Source: a virus
Lineage: Duplodnaviria > Caudoviricetes
DNA length: 52,317 nt
Reading direction: 5' to 3' (one strand)
Virus record (IMG/VR): IMGVR_UViG_3300036828_000027
Coordinates: 1 to 52,317 of that record
The notes below the pieces were generated by a model. The model saw nothing but the letters and a program-made list of their open reading frames with translations, was not told the DNA's origin and did not search any database. This document shows, one piece after another, positions 18,184-27,761 of the stretch (positions within the stretch are counted from its first letter, which is position 1; every line of letters begins with the position of its first letter). A program made the translations under genes and the position numbers.

Positions 18184-19185
18184 ATGTCCAGTAGTATATA
18201 TAGTAACTCCGACGATAACACTAGTAAAATAGTAGCGAATAATATTACTGTAGCTAAAGCTTACAGTAATAGACTGATACTTGCCAAAACAGTATATCCA
18301 GATCGTGAAGTAGCTTACGACAATGTAAGATACTACACATTCTTCAATCGTCCTGTTCAACATCTCCAAGAACTCTTTGAACTAGTCAAGTATCTCCTGG
18401 CGCGCCCACAATGCTGTGTCATTCGTGGTGTATGTATTGATGATGCTAAGCCAAAGCAACGACGATTATTGTATGATGATCGTGTGACTGGAGAACATGC
18501 TACTGTTATTGAACAAGATCAAAACTGGTTCGCATTAGATGTAGACGGATATGGTGAGTCGAGCGGTGATTTGAAATGCGATGCTAACAATGTACTCCTG
18601 GCGCTCGGACTGTCTAATGTAGAAGCTTTTGCCATTCCTAGTGCTGGTTACTTGAGAAAGCCTGGTATTCATATCAGGCTGTTTTTGTGGAATAGTGTGC
18701 GTGTTACTTGTTTAGCACTAAAGAAACATTTCAAGAGTTGTGGTAGTGTAGTAGATACAGCGCTATTTGGTGTCGTCCAGCCTATCTATATAGCGCGACC
18801 TAGATTTATAGGGCTGAGAGATCCTTGTAATAGATGGTGGTCATGGATTGCTGGCGATAGACAATTTACTGATATACCCAAAATCTATGTTGATATTAGC
18901 AATAGACCTGAAGACAAATATACCAAACAGCAAGCTTCTCATTTCTTGAAACGTTATATTGAAGAAGTATTTGATGTAGACAAAGATAGACATAATTGGT
19001 TAATCAATAGATCAATAGCATTAGGCAAATGGATTTGGCAAGATATACTTGATGAAGAGGAAGTTGTTGAAGAGCTATACTTGGCAACAGCAGTATGGAG
19101 AGGTGATAGACGAAAGGATATGCAAACTATAGTTGATGGTATAAAGCGCGGCAAGCAGGCAATGGAGAACAGAAATGAGTTCTAA
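18184..19185 (+). CDS. putative AEP-like primase with a helical C-terminal domain
   Basis: WFALDVDG (DxD), SAG...HIRLFLW, VDTALFGVVQPIYIARPRF; C-terminal RHNWL...TIVDGIKRG. Confidence 0.65.
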   Translation: MSSSIYSNSDDNTSKIVANNITVAKAYSNRLILAKTVYPDREVAYDNVRYYTFFNRPVQHLQELFELVKYLLARPQCCVIRGVCIDDAKPKQRRLLYDDRVTGEHATVIEQDQNWFALDVDGYGESSGDLKCDANNVLLALGLSNVEAFAIPSAGYLRKPGIHIRLFLWNSVRVTCLALKKHFKSCGSVVDTALFGVVQPIYIARPRFIGLRDPCNRWWSWIAGDRQFTDIPKIYVDISNRPEDKYTKQQASHFLKRYIEEVFDVDKDRHNWLINRSIALGKWIWQDILDEEEVVEELYLATAVWRGDRRKDMQTIVDGIKRGKQAMENRNEF

Positions 19186-19396
19186 TTATCCAAACTACCA
19201 AAGAATGAGTGATTGGGAAGAGTATTTGAAAATTGTAGAACCTAAAGATTGGAAAATGGCAGTAATTCATGTAACTGATACTATACAAAATTGTATTCAA
19301 TTCTGGGAACGATATAGACCAGAAATGAAACCTACTCCTACTGATATAATAGAAATGGCCAAGATGATTATTGATATGAAAAGGGAAACAAAATAG
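19175..19396 (+). CDS. hypothetical protein
   Basis: Coupled between primase and helicase. Confidence 0.6.
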   Translation: MSSNYPNYQRMSDWEEYLKIVEPKDWKMAVIHVTDTIQNCIQFWERYRPEMKPTPTDIIEMAKMIIDMKRETK

Positions 19397-20986
19397 ATGA
19401 CAATAACAGAGATACTGTTTGAATTAAACTCATTCACAGATGCTGCGGCCAAAAGACTATACTTGGATGAACATTTAGCAGACATAATAGATGAACTCCT
19501 GGCGGCTGATGATTTTGATCGAGAAACATTGGTTGATAAGCTTACTAGTTCATTTGATGGAACTAAAATAAAGGGCACTATTAAAAAGGTTATTGAAGCT
19601 GCAATAGCAAATAAGACTAAACAAGAATCAAAGAAAAAAGTTGATGAATTCTCGGATGTTGATATTGAAAAGCTTGTAACTAAGAATGGCTCCATTATCG
19701 CCACTCCCAGTAATTATTATGAATTACTATTGGATCCAAAACCTATAGATTTATTGTATGACAATATGTCTGCTAGTTCATATTTTAGTAAGATATGTTG
19801 GAATGCTACTACACCACCATATACGATTGAATACTATGGAGGTATTATAAAGCATTATCATAAATATGAAGGTGGCAATGCAACTATGTTGCGTATTGTT
19901 TTGAATAAAGGACCATTTCCAACAGAGATTGACTTTCGCGGACTTGATAAAGTTGTAGAGGAAGTGTCGAAGGTTAAAACATTTGATGCTTATCAAGATT
20001 GGATGTCAAGTTATAAAGCAGCATTAGATAGTAATGATTATATAAATGGCCATGATGATAATTTTGCCGTCAAGTATTTGGGCGTTACTCCTGGCCAGTG
20101 GAGCGCCACTTGGTGTAGATTGATTATGCTTAATCTAGTAGCAAGATGTTATGAACCTGGATGTCTTACACGATATTACTTTGCTCTTGAAGGAGAACAA
20201 AATATTGGTAAGTCATCATGGTGTAGATTACTTGTTCCTTCACAATGGTTTGTTGCTACAGGACTAACTCAAGCACAAACAAACGAGGATAATTTCAATA
20301 GAAGTATTCATGATAAGGCTGTTGTTGAACTAGCAGAACGTGGTGGACTTCATAAAGCCGAAAGTAATCTTTCCAAGAAGATTGTTACAGATCCATTTTC
20401 TACATTTAGAAAGATGAGGGCAGACCCAGTAATAGGTTATCCAAAACGTTGTATTATGATATCAACGACTAACGACAATAAGTATTTGAATGATCCTACT
20501 GGCGAGACACGAGCTATGCCAATAAAATCAGAATTAGCATCTGGTCAATTTATAGACTTGGAAGGATTTGCCAAGGTATATCCTATGATACTTGCTCAAA
20601 CTATACAGATGTATGAGAATAACAAGAGCTTGAGGTTTCTTACTAGTGAAGAACAAACATTACAGAAGGCTCAAACCAATGAGCGTGATACTATTGATGA
20701 TACTTTTGAATATGAAAATACATTGAATTATATAGAAGAAAATCAAGAGCATTGTGAAGAGTTCGGCATTAGTATTCATGATGTTATGAAATATTGTAGT
20801 ATTAAACTTGATGCTCCTATACATACATTTGTGAGATATAGAAACGCTATTGGAGTGTCTATTAGAAAGCTTGGATATACAGAACAACACGTTGCAAAAG
20901 AGAAAGATATTGATGGGGTGTGGAGATCAATCAAGAGATGGAAGAAACCAGGTGCAAAAAGCTCACAATATAGTTGGAGAAAGTAG
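19397..20986 (+). CDS. VapE/VirE-like P-loop helicase
   Basis: LEGEQNIGKS Walker A, VVELAE, PKRCIMISTTN...LNDPTGETR. Confidence 0.88.
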   Translation: MTITEILFELNSFTDAAAKRLYLDEHLADIIDELLAADDFDRETLVDKLTSSFDGTKIKGTIKKVIEAAIANKTKQESKKKVDEFSDVDIEKLVTKNGSIIATPSNYYELLLDPKPIDLLYDNMSASSYFSKICWNATTPPYTIEYYGGIIKHYHKYEGGNATMLRIVLNKGPFPTEIDFRGLDKVVEEVSKVKTFDAYQDWMSSYKAALDSNDYINGHDDNFAVKYLGVTPGQWSATWCRLIMLNLVARCYEPGCLTRYYFALEGEQNIGKSSWCRLLVPSQWFVATGLTQAQTNEDNFNRSIHDKAVVELAERGGLHKAESNLSKKIVTDPFSTFRKMRADPVIGYPKRCIMISTTNDNKYLNDPTGETRAMPIKSELASGQFIDLEGFAKVYPMILAQTIQMYENNKSLRFLTSEEQTLQKAQTNERDTIDDTFEYENTLNYIEENQEHCEEFGISIHDVMKYCSIKLDAPIHTFVRYRNAIGVSIRKLGYTEQHVAKEKDIDGVWRSIKRWKKPGAKSSQYSWRK

Positions 20987-21184
20987 AAATGAGTAGAATA
21001 GAGTAGAAATGATTGTTTTAACTAAGTCGCTGAAATCGCTTAGTAATACATATCTTTTCTACTTTTCTACTATTCTACTGTATATATAATAGGTAAAAGA
21101 AAGATATGTCATGTTTAAAACATTATATATTTTTCCCGTATAGTTATAGGGGAAACCTCCGGTAGAGCGGTAGAGCGGTAGAAG
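20981..21184. repeat. GTAGA direct and inverted repeats around an AT-rich tract (candidate origin)
   Basis: AGTAGAA x3 at 10-bp spacing, TTCTACT x3, GGTAGA x3. Confidence 0.55.
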
Positions 21185-21221
21185 TGAGTGTTATTAAATA
21201 GGCGGCCAGGAGTATCCACTT

Positions 21222-21677
21222 ATGTTTGAAAAGCAGTTAGCAAAAGACTTCAACGATATGTTTAAGGAGTATCAAGTATGGACACTCAGTAATCGCACGG
21301 CTGGCTGGCCAGATAAAGGAGTTCAAATCAACAATTCAAGAATGGTATGGTTTGAACTCAAAGTTATAGAGTATAGATTTGGAGCCACATTCTTCAAAGT
21401 AACAGAGCTAACGGCAGACCAAGCAGCATGGTTAGCTAAGTGGCAAAGATCAGGAGGCTTCTGTTTTCTGTTTCTTGGCTTTGTAGACTATAAGCACCAA
21501 CTAACAAAGTATGGAATATTGCGTTGTAGTAATTGGGATACATGGTTGAATGTACCCAAACACTCGATGAGAGTTGAGCAATTAGTGCAATTCACAGAGG
21601 ATAAGTATGAGATATACAAATGGTTTAGAGATTTGTTCATACCACAGGCCACTAGATCAAACAAAAAATCAGCGTAG
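21222..21677 (+). CDS. VRR-NUC/PD-(D/E)xK nuclease (resolvase-like)
   Basis: GWPD...WFELK...LTADQAAWL...GG. Confidence 0.85.
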   Translation: MFEKQLAKDFNDMFKEYQVWTLSNRTAGWPDKGVQINNSRMVWFELKVIEYRFGATFFKVTELTADQAAWLAKWQRSGGFCFLFLGFVDYKHQLTKYGILRCSNWDTWLNVPKHSMRVEQLVQFTEDKYEIYKWFRDLFIPQATRSNKKSA

Positions 21678-21823
21678 ATACTAGCGTATATACGATGATT
21701 AGTTTCGTTAGAAACGATACTAACAAAAGAGAACGACATAAGAACGATAACTTTATCGCGTGCCGAAACGATTACCTATTTACTTACGAAATGATTTGGT
21801 ATATACGCGATGATGAGACTAAA

Positions 21824-22141
21824 ATGCCCGATGGTTTTGACCCTCATACTGAGCTAGCCCGCATTTATACTTTGCGAGAGCTCATGACTGAATGTCGTCA
21901 GCGCACTCATGTAGTGCTTCAGAACGTTGACGAAATGTTTGCTGATCCGACCCTATCGCATGGCGATCGGATTAAGCTAATGGAATTTGTTACTAATCGT
22001 GCTTATGGTAAGCCGCGTCAGACAGTATACATTTCCGATGAGACTGGGCCGAACCAAAGTTCCAGTCGAGTCAAAGTATATTTACCAGACAATGGCCGCA
22101 TGAATACTCCTGTCAAAACTATTGATAGTGAGGCGGCATAA
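21824..22141 (+). CDS. probable terminase small subunit
   Basis: Position before TerL; NRAYGKPRQ motif; start refined from 21695. Confidence 0.65.
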   Translation: MPDGFDPHTELARIYTLRELMTECRQRTHVVLQNVDEMFADPTLSHGDRIKLMEFVTNRAYGKPRQTVYISDETGPNQSSSRVKVYLPDNGRMNTPVKTIDSEAA

Positions 22142-23532
22142 TGTATGATGGTTTTGATGACAATAATGATTTAGGACCGCAGCCTGGTCCGCAAGAACAA
22201 TTCTTGTCTACTCCTGCTGACATAGCAATATATGGAGGCGCTGCTGGCGGAGGCAAAACATACGCTTTATTGCTTGAGCCCTGTCGTCACATAGATAATC
22301 CTGACTTTGGAGCAGTCATATTCCGACGTGAGGCTGTACAAATAACCAGCGAAGGAGGTTTGTTCGACACTAGCTTCCAAATATACATGCGTATAGACGG
22401 CATACCTCGACAAGCCCCATATCGTATGTGGCATTTCCCTAGTGGTTCTACAATAACGTTCAGTCATCTTCATAACGAATATGATGTAAATGACTGGCAA
22501 GGATCGCAAATACCATTAATTGGTTACGATGAACTTACCCATTTTACAGAGAAACAATTTTGGTATATGCTATCGCGCAATAGATCGATGTGTGGAGTTA
22601 GGCCATACATTCGCGCAACTTGTAATCCTGATGCTGATAGTTGGGTTGCTGACTTGGTGGCTTGGTATATTGATCAAGACACTGGCTATCCTATATCAGA
22701 GCGCAGTGGCGTTATTCGTTACTTTGTCAGGGCTGATGACAAAATGATTTGGGGCGATACGCGCCAGGAGTTGATCAATAAATTCCCTGCGTCTTTGCCT
22801 AAGTCATTTACATTCATTCCAGCTACTCTTGAAGACAACGTTATTATGAATGCGCAAGATCCAGATTATAGAGCTAATTTGGAGATGCTCACTAGAGTTG
22901 AACGTGAACGTCTACTCCACGGTAATTGGAAGATCAAACCTACAGCTGGTTCTTACTTCCCACAAACGTCTATCAATATAATTACTGCTGAGCCTACTGA
23001 TGTAAAGATGTGGGTGCGTCGTTGGGATTTGGCCGCCACAGAACCCAGTGAACTTAATACTTCACCTAGTGCTACAGCATCAGTATTAATGGGACGCAGA
23101 GAGAATGGACGTTTTGTTATTGGTGATGGGATTAATATACGGCGCAATGCTTCTGTGGTGCGTGATATATTGTCTAACACTGCTTCACAGGATCGAAGCA
23201 AGTATAGGCGCGTTACAACAGTCGTGCCACAAGATCCAGGACAGGCTGGAAAAGATCAATCAGCATCTATCATCGCTCATCTCGCCGGCTTCAAGGTTAA
23301 GTCAGTAAGAGAAACAGGGCCCAAAGAAACTAGAGCAGAACCTTTGTCTGCTCAATGGCAAGCAGGGAATATTGACATAGTAGATGGTCCTTGGGTCCGT
23401 GATTACTTGAAGGAAATGGCTGCGTTTCCTGAAGGAGATCACGATGATTATGTTGATGCGAGTAGTGGCGCCTTTCTTGAGTGTGTATCTGGTGCTTCTG
23501 CTTATGAACGTTATTTGGCCTTATCGTCATGA
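22141..23532 (+). CDS. terL: terminase large subunit
   Basis: GGAAGGGKT, GYDELTHF, ATCNPD, WDLAAT, HDDYVDA. Confidence 0.97.
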   Translation: MYDGFDDNNDLGPQPGPQEQFLSTPADIAIYGGAAGGGKTYALLLEPCRHIDNPDFGAVIFRREAVQITSEGGLFDTSFQIYMRIDGIPRQAPYRMWHFPSGSTITFSHLHNEYDVNDWQGSQIPLIGYDELTHFTEKQFWYMLSRNRSMCGVRPYIRATCNPDADSWVADLVAWYIDQDTGYPISERSGVIRYFVRADDKMIWGDTRQELINKFPASLPKSFTFIPATLEDNVIMNAQDPDYRANLEMLTRVERERLLHGNWKIKPTAGSYFPQTSINIITAEPTDVKMWVRRWDLAATEPSELNTSPSATASVLMGRRENGRFVIGDGINIRRNASVVRDILSNTASQDRSKYRRVTTVVPQDPGQAGKDQSASIIAHLAGFKVKSVRETGPKETRAEPLSAQWQAGNIDIVDGPWVRDYLKEMAAFPEGDHDDYVDASSGAFLECVSGASAYERYLALSS

Positions 23533-24968
23533 ACATCTCTGTTAGACAAGATGGTTATGCCAATCTATTATCTGGACTAGGTATACCTGGTCGAGATAGA
23601 ACGTCTATGACGTTCCAAACTTCAGGTCTACATGGTCGTGGACTATCTAGATATTGGGCTTCTAGACAATCACTTTATGAACTAACAGATCTATACATTA
23701 CTAGTGGACTAGCACAAAAGATAGTAGACAAACCTGCTGATGACTCCTTCCAAAGAGGCATAGAAATAGAGCAAGATGAAGATGGATTGATGCTTGCTGA
23801 GTATGATCGTTTATCAGTATTGACTAGAATGGCCGATGCTGTTAGATGGTCGCGTCTATATGGTGGCGCTGCTCTTATACTCATAGCGCAAGATGGAGGT
23901 GAGCTTACTGATCCACTTAATTTAGACAATCTAGATATGATCACAGAAATCAAAGTATATGATATCAATAGTATAAGAGGAACTGACAGATACTATACAG
24001 ACAATAATGATCCTGATACATTTGGTAAGATGGAGTTCTATAACATCGCGCCGCCAGAAGGACAGGCTTTTGATATACATGAAACTAGACTAATACCTGT
24101 TCCTGGTGAGCCACTACCACCTCATATGGTATACTTCAATCGTATACATTGGGCTGGTAGATCAGCACTAGAGTCTTGCGCAAAGGATATAGGTCGATAT
24201 GATCGTGCGCTAGATTGGTCAGAAAGACTGCTTGAACGTAAGCAGCAAGCAGTATACAATATGTCTGGTCTTGGCGAGATGATGGCTAATGGAGATGAAA
24301 CATTAGTTGTTAAGCGTATCAATATGGTGGATCAAGTAAGGAGTAATCTGAACTCTGTTGTTGTAGATAAGGATGACGTATATACTGTATTGAGCCCAGG
24401 TATAGATGGCACTCAAGCAGTTCTTGAGGAGTTTAAGACAGCATTAGCGGCATCATCTGGGTTCCAAATAAACATGTTATTTGGCCAATCAACTAAAGGA
24501 CTAAATCAAACTAATGCGGGCGATCTTGAGTCCCATTATGTAATGGTCGCTCATATACAGGAAGTAATTGCTAGACCAGCATTGGAAAAGCTTACATCTA
24601 TACTGTGGCTACAGAAAGAATTGAAGAATAACATACCGGATGATTGGGAGATCAAGTTTAATTCTCTATGGGTGCCTACTGATAAAGAGAATGCTGACAA
24701 AGAACTAGTACAAGCACAAGCAGAGAATATGGAAGTAACGACATTGATGACTTTGGTTAACTCTCAGATTATGACTCCAGAAGAAGTGCGAGAGATTGTT
24801 ATTGAAGAGTATTATGCTGAGTTTGAATTCAGTACAGACTTGCCGACGTTCCCAGAAGAATTGAATTATAGTGCCAATGTAGATGTAACACAGATGGATG
24901 TGCCTATTGACAATGCTGGTGGCAACCCGCCAGGAGCTAATACCACTAATCTACAAACAGGCCAATAA
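23529..24968 (+). CDS. portal protein (DUF1073-like)
   Basis: DGYANL, IVDKPADD, WSRLYGGA, LFGQS.KGL, FNSLW. Confidence 0.9.
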   Translation: MNISVRQDGYANLLSGLGIPGRDRTSMTFQTSGLHGRGLSRYWASRQSLYELTDLYITSGLAQKIVDKPADDSFQRGIEIEQDEDGLMLAEYDRLSVLTRMADAVRWSRLYGGAALILIAQDGGELTDPLNLDNLDMITEIKVYDINSIRGTDRYYTDNNDPDTFGKMEFYNIAPPEGQAFDIHETRLIPVPGEPLPPHMVYFNRIHWAGRSALESCAKDIGRYDRALDWSERLLERKQQAVYNMSGLGEMMANGDETLVVKRINMVDQVRSNLNSVVVDKDDVYTVLSPGIDGTQAVLEEFKTALAASSGFQINMLFGQSTKGLNQTNAGDLESHYVMVAHIQEVIARPALEKLTSILWLQKELKNNIPDDWEIKFNSLWVPTDKENADKELVQAQAENMEVTTLMTLVNSQIMTPEEVREIVIEEYYAEFEFSTDLPTFPEELNYSANVDVTQMDVPIDNAGGNPPGANTTNLQTGQ

Positions 24969-25219
24969 TGCCTCCAAGAGGTTTCACTAAACAAGAGTGG
25001 GAAGTTGTAGAAAGAATGGCAACTCCAGAACAAGAACCACTTTTGCAGTTCTTCGCCTATGACCATTTACGCGAAGATTTGAAAGCTATTAGTGCTCCAT
25101 TCGGTATACTTGCTAATGCATTGGTTGATACTTTGCCGCGTAATCCAGAACGCACTACTGCTTTGCGTAAGTTGCTTGAAGCTAAAGACTGTGCAGTAAG
25201 AGCAAAGCTATACGTATGA
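24968..25219 (+). CDS. small helical-hairpin protein
   Basis: FFAYDHL...LPRNPERTTALRKLLEAKDCAVRA. Confidence 0.75.
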   Translation: MPPRGFTKQEWEVVERMATPEQEPLLQFFAYDHLREDLKAISAPFGILANALVDTLPRNPERTTALRKLLEAKDCAVRAKLYV

Positions 25220-26076
25220 AACGACGCAAGAAGATTGTTCCGATGAAGTATCCTACTGGTATTGAGTATGAATACCGGCGGAATTTGCGTTGGCTAAATG
25301 CCCAAATGAGAAAGGCAGTCAAACATTACTTACATCCTATTGTAGACAAAGTAACTGCTGAAATTACTGATACGTCTCATCCTGCTGGTGGTCATATTAG
25401 ACAAGATGCTTGGCAAGATGATCTATACAAAGCTATGGATAATATAGCAAAGGATATGGTTAAGCCAACTACAGCAACTATTAAGAGATCATTGTCTGTT
25501 CCTCCTAAAGTGAATTCATACAATAAAGCAGAATGGAAGAAACTGATACGCTCGCAATATGGTGTAAATCCTACTGCTGAAGACCCTGATCTGTATAGAT
25601 CAGTAATGGAACACTGGGCTTTCGACAATGCCAAGTTGATTAAAGATATACCATTGAAGACTATGAAACAAATAAGTGATATGACTACTGAGGCTCTGAT
25701 AAGTGGGCAGACACAAGAGGACTTATCAGACGACATCTACAATATATTTGATGATCGTTTGGACGTTACTGATAGTCGTTGCGATCTTATTGCCAGAGAC
25801 CAAGTAGCAAAACTAAATGGACAATTCACTCGTGAGCGGCAACAAGATATAGGTGTGGACAGCTATACTTGGCGGACAGTAGGAGATGAAAGAGTAAGAG
25901 ACACTCATGCAGAAGTAGATGGGCAAACATTTAGTTGGGATAGCCCGCCAGGAGAAACTGATTTCAATCATCCAGGTGAAGATTATCAATGTCGTTGTTG
26001 GGCAGAACCAGTATTGCCTGAGGCTATGGATTTCCAAGCCTCATTACTAGGCGAAGAAGATATGGTGGATGCATAA
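25216..26076 (+). CDS. head morphogenesis protein (SPP1 gp7/Mu F-like)
   Basis: LIARDQVAKLNG, WRTVGDERVRDTH, PGEDYQCRC. Confidence 0.95.
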   Translation: MKRRKKIVPMKYPTGIEYEYRRNLRWLNAQMRKAVKHYLHPIVDKVTAEITDTSHPAGGHIRQDAWQDDLYKAMDNIAKDMVKPTTATIKRSLSVPPKVNSYNKAEWKKLIRSQYGVNPTAEDPDLYRSVMEHWAFDNAKLIKDIPLKTMKQISDMTTEALISGQTQEDLSDDIYNIFDDRLDVTDSRCDLIARDQVAKLNGQFTRERQQDIGVDSYTWRTVGDERVRDTHAEVDGQTFSWDSPPGETDFNHPGEDYQCRCWAEPVLPEAMDFQASLLGEEDMVDA

Positions 26077-27168
26077 ATGGTAACACGATATGATGTGATT
26101 GCGGTAAAGGCAGAAGTATCAAAAGAGGGATGGATTAGGGACAGACCTATTATAACAAGGTCTGGTATTTTCGAGTATCGCAGCGCTGACGGAACAATAA
26201 GAAAAGAGTACAGGCCCGACAGTGAAGTATTCTCGGAAGTCAGTCTTGCTACTGCTAATGGGATACCTGTTACTGATAGTCATCGTGGTTTGGTTGATAG
26301 TAAGAATGTTGATGGTATTATTGGAACTGTTACCAGCGCAGGTTCTAAGGAAGATACCAATGTAGTTGCGGACGTAATCATTCATAATCCTTCACGTCTG
26401 GGAGACAAAAGGGAACTGTCGCTTGGTTACGAATGCGATCTAGATGAGACGCCAGGGGAATATAACGGACAGCGATATGATTGTGTACAGAAAAACATAC
26501 AATATAATCATCTTGCTGCCGTAAAGAAAGGGCGTGCCGGTAATGCCAGATTAAGACTTGACTCTAACGATGCCATTATTGGCACCTTTGAAATGGAGAC
26601 ACTAATGACTGAGCCAACAACTAATCTTGTCGTTGTTCGACTGGATGGCATTGACTATAAGGCTTCGCCAGAGGTCAACAATGCTTATACTAAAGGTCAA
26701 GAAGCTCTCGCTGCTCTACAGAAGAGATTTGATACTGTAGAGGCAGAGCGTGACACTCTCAAGACTACCGCTGCAAACTTTGATAAGCTTATCAAAGAGG
26801 CCAAAGAGACTGGCAGGGCAGTAGTCAAAGTTAGACTTGACCTAGAAGATGTTGCTAGGCAGCACAAAGTTAAGTTTGATGATGATGATACTGACCAAGT
26901 AATCAAGGTTGCTGTTCTGACCAAGCTGCGGCCAGAGCTTAAGTTGGATGGTAAGTCTGAAGCATATATTGATTCTGCTTACGATCTAACTCTGGAAGCC
27001 AATAAAGATAAGACCAAGAAAGTAACAGATCAACTTTCTAGGTTTGACAGAGCGCCAGGAGGAAGTGATAACGTTGAGACGATTGGCGCTGCTAATTCTG
27101 CTAGGGCAAGATATATTGCTCGTTTGCGAGGCGAAAAGCCTGAAGATGGCGGCGGCAAAGCCGCATAA
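26077..27168 (+). CDS. prohead protease/scaffold (DUF2213-like)
   Basis: RSGIFEY, PVTDSH, ELSLGY, YNHLAAVKKGRAG; coiled-coil C-terminus. Confidence 0.92.
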   Translation: MVTRYDVIAVKAEVSKEGWIRDRPIITRSGIFEYRSADGTIRKEYRPDSEVFSEVSLATANGIPVTDSHRGLVDSKNVDGIIGTVTSAGSKEDTNVVADVIIHNPSRLGDKRELSLGYECDLDETPGEYNGQRYDCVQKNIQYNHLAAVKKGRAGNARLRLDSNDAIIGTFEMETLMTEPTTNLVVVRLDGIDYKASPEVNNAYTKGQEALAALQKRFDTVEAERDTLKTTAANFDKLIKEAKETGRAVVKVRLDLEDVARQHKVKFDDDDTDQVIKVAVLTKLRPELKLDGKSEAYIDSAYDLTLEANKDKTKKVTDQLSRFDRAPGGSDNVETIGAANSARARYIARLRGEKPEDGGGKAA

Positions 27169-27198
27169 CTAAGTTATAGTTTGGAAAGGACTAAGCAA

Positions 27199-27729
27199 AT
27201 GAGCGATACTCGGCGTGATGATCGTGGCGTTGAGCAGCAAGTCTATCAGCCATATGACTCTGCTTTCTTCTTCTCTGTTGGCTTCCCTGGCATGAAATCT
27301 ACTGCCATGGACGACAATGTTGAAAGTTGGCCCGCAGGTGCGGATTGTGAATTTGGAACTATAGTTACAAAGACTGTTGGCCCAACTGGTTCTCTACTTG
27401 TAGAAAGTGGAGGTGCTGGGGATGTTGCTGGTGCTGCTGTACATGATCATATTGTTGCTACGTATGGTCATTATACTCAAGGAATGGCAGTATCAGTAAT
27501 GACTCGTGGCCGTCTTTGGATGGCAGTTGATGGAACTGGTGCTGGCATTACTTATGGTCTACCAGTTAGCTTCAATCCTGCTAATGGCAAGGTTGCTGCT
27601 ACTGGAACTGCAGTTCCAAACTCATCGTTCCGTGGAATGGTGAATGGGTTCTATAATATGATTGATGGCTCTACCATTAGTATTGCGGAAATCGAGCTAC
27701 ATTATCCCTTTGCTGTAGCTGGACCCTAA
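27199..27729 (+). CDS. head decoration/cement protein
   Basis: Between protease and MCP; AVSVMTRGRLWM. Confidence 0.75.
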   Translation: MSDTRRDDRGVEQQVYQPYDSAFFFSVGFPGMKSTAMDDNVESWPAGADCEFGTIVTKTVGPTGSLLVESGGAGDVAGAAVHDHIVATYGHYTQGMAVSVMTRGRLWMAVDGTGAGITYGLPVSFNPANGKVAATGTAVPNSSFRGMVNGFYNMIDGSTISIAEIELHYPFAVAGP

Positions 27730-27761
27730 TCCCATTCACTCAAGTCTAAAGGAATACTACA

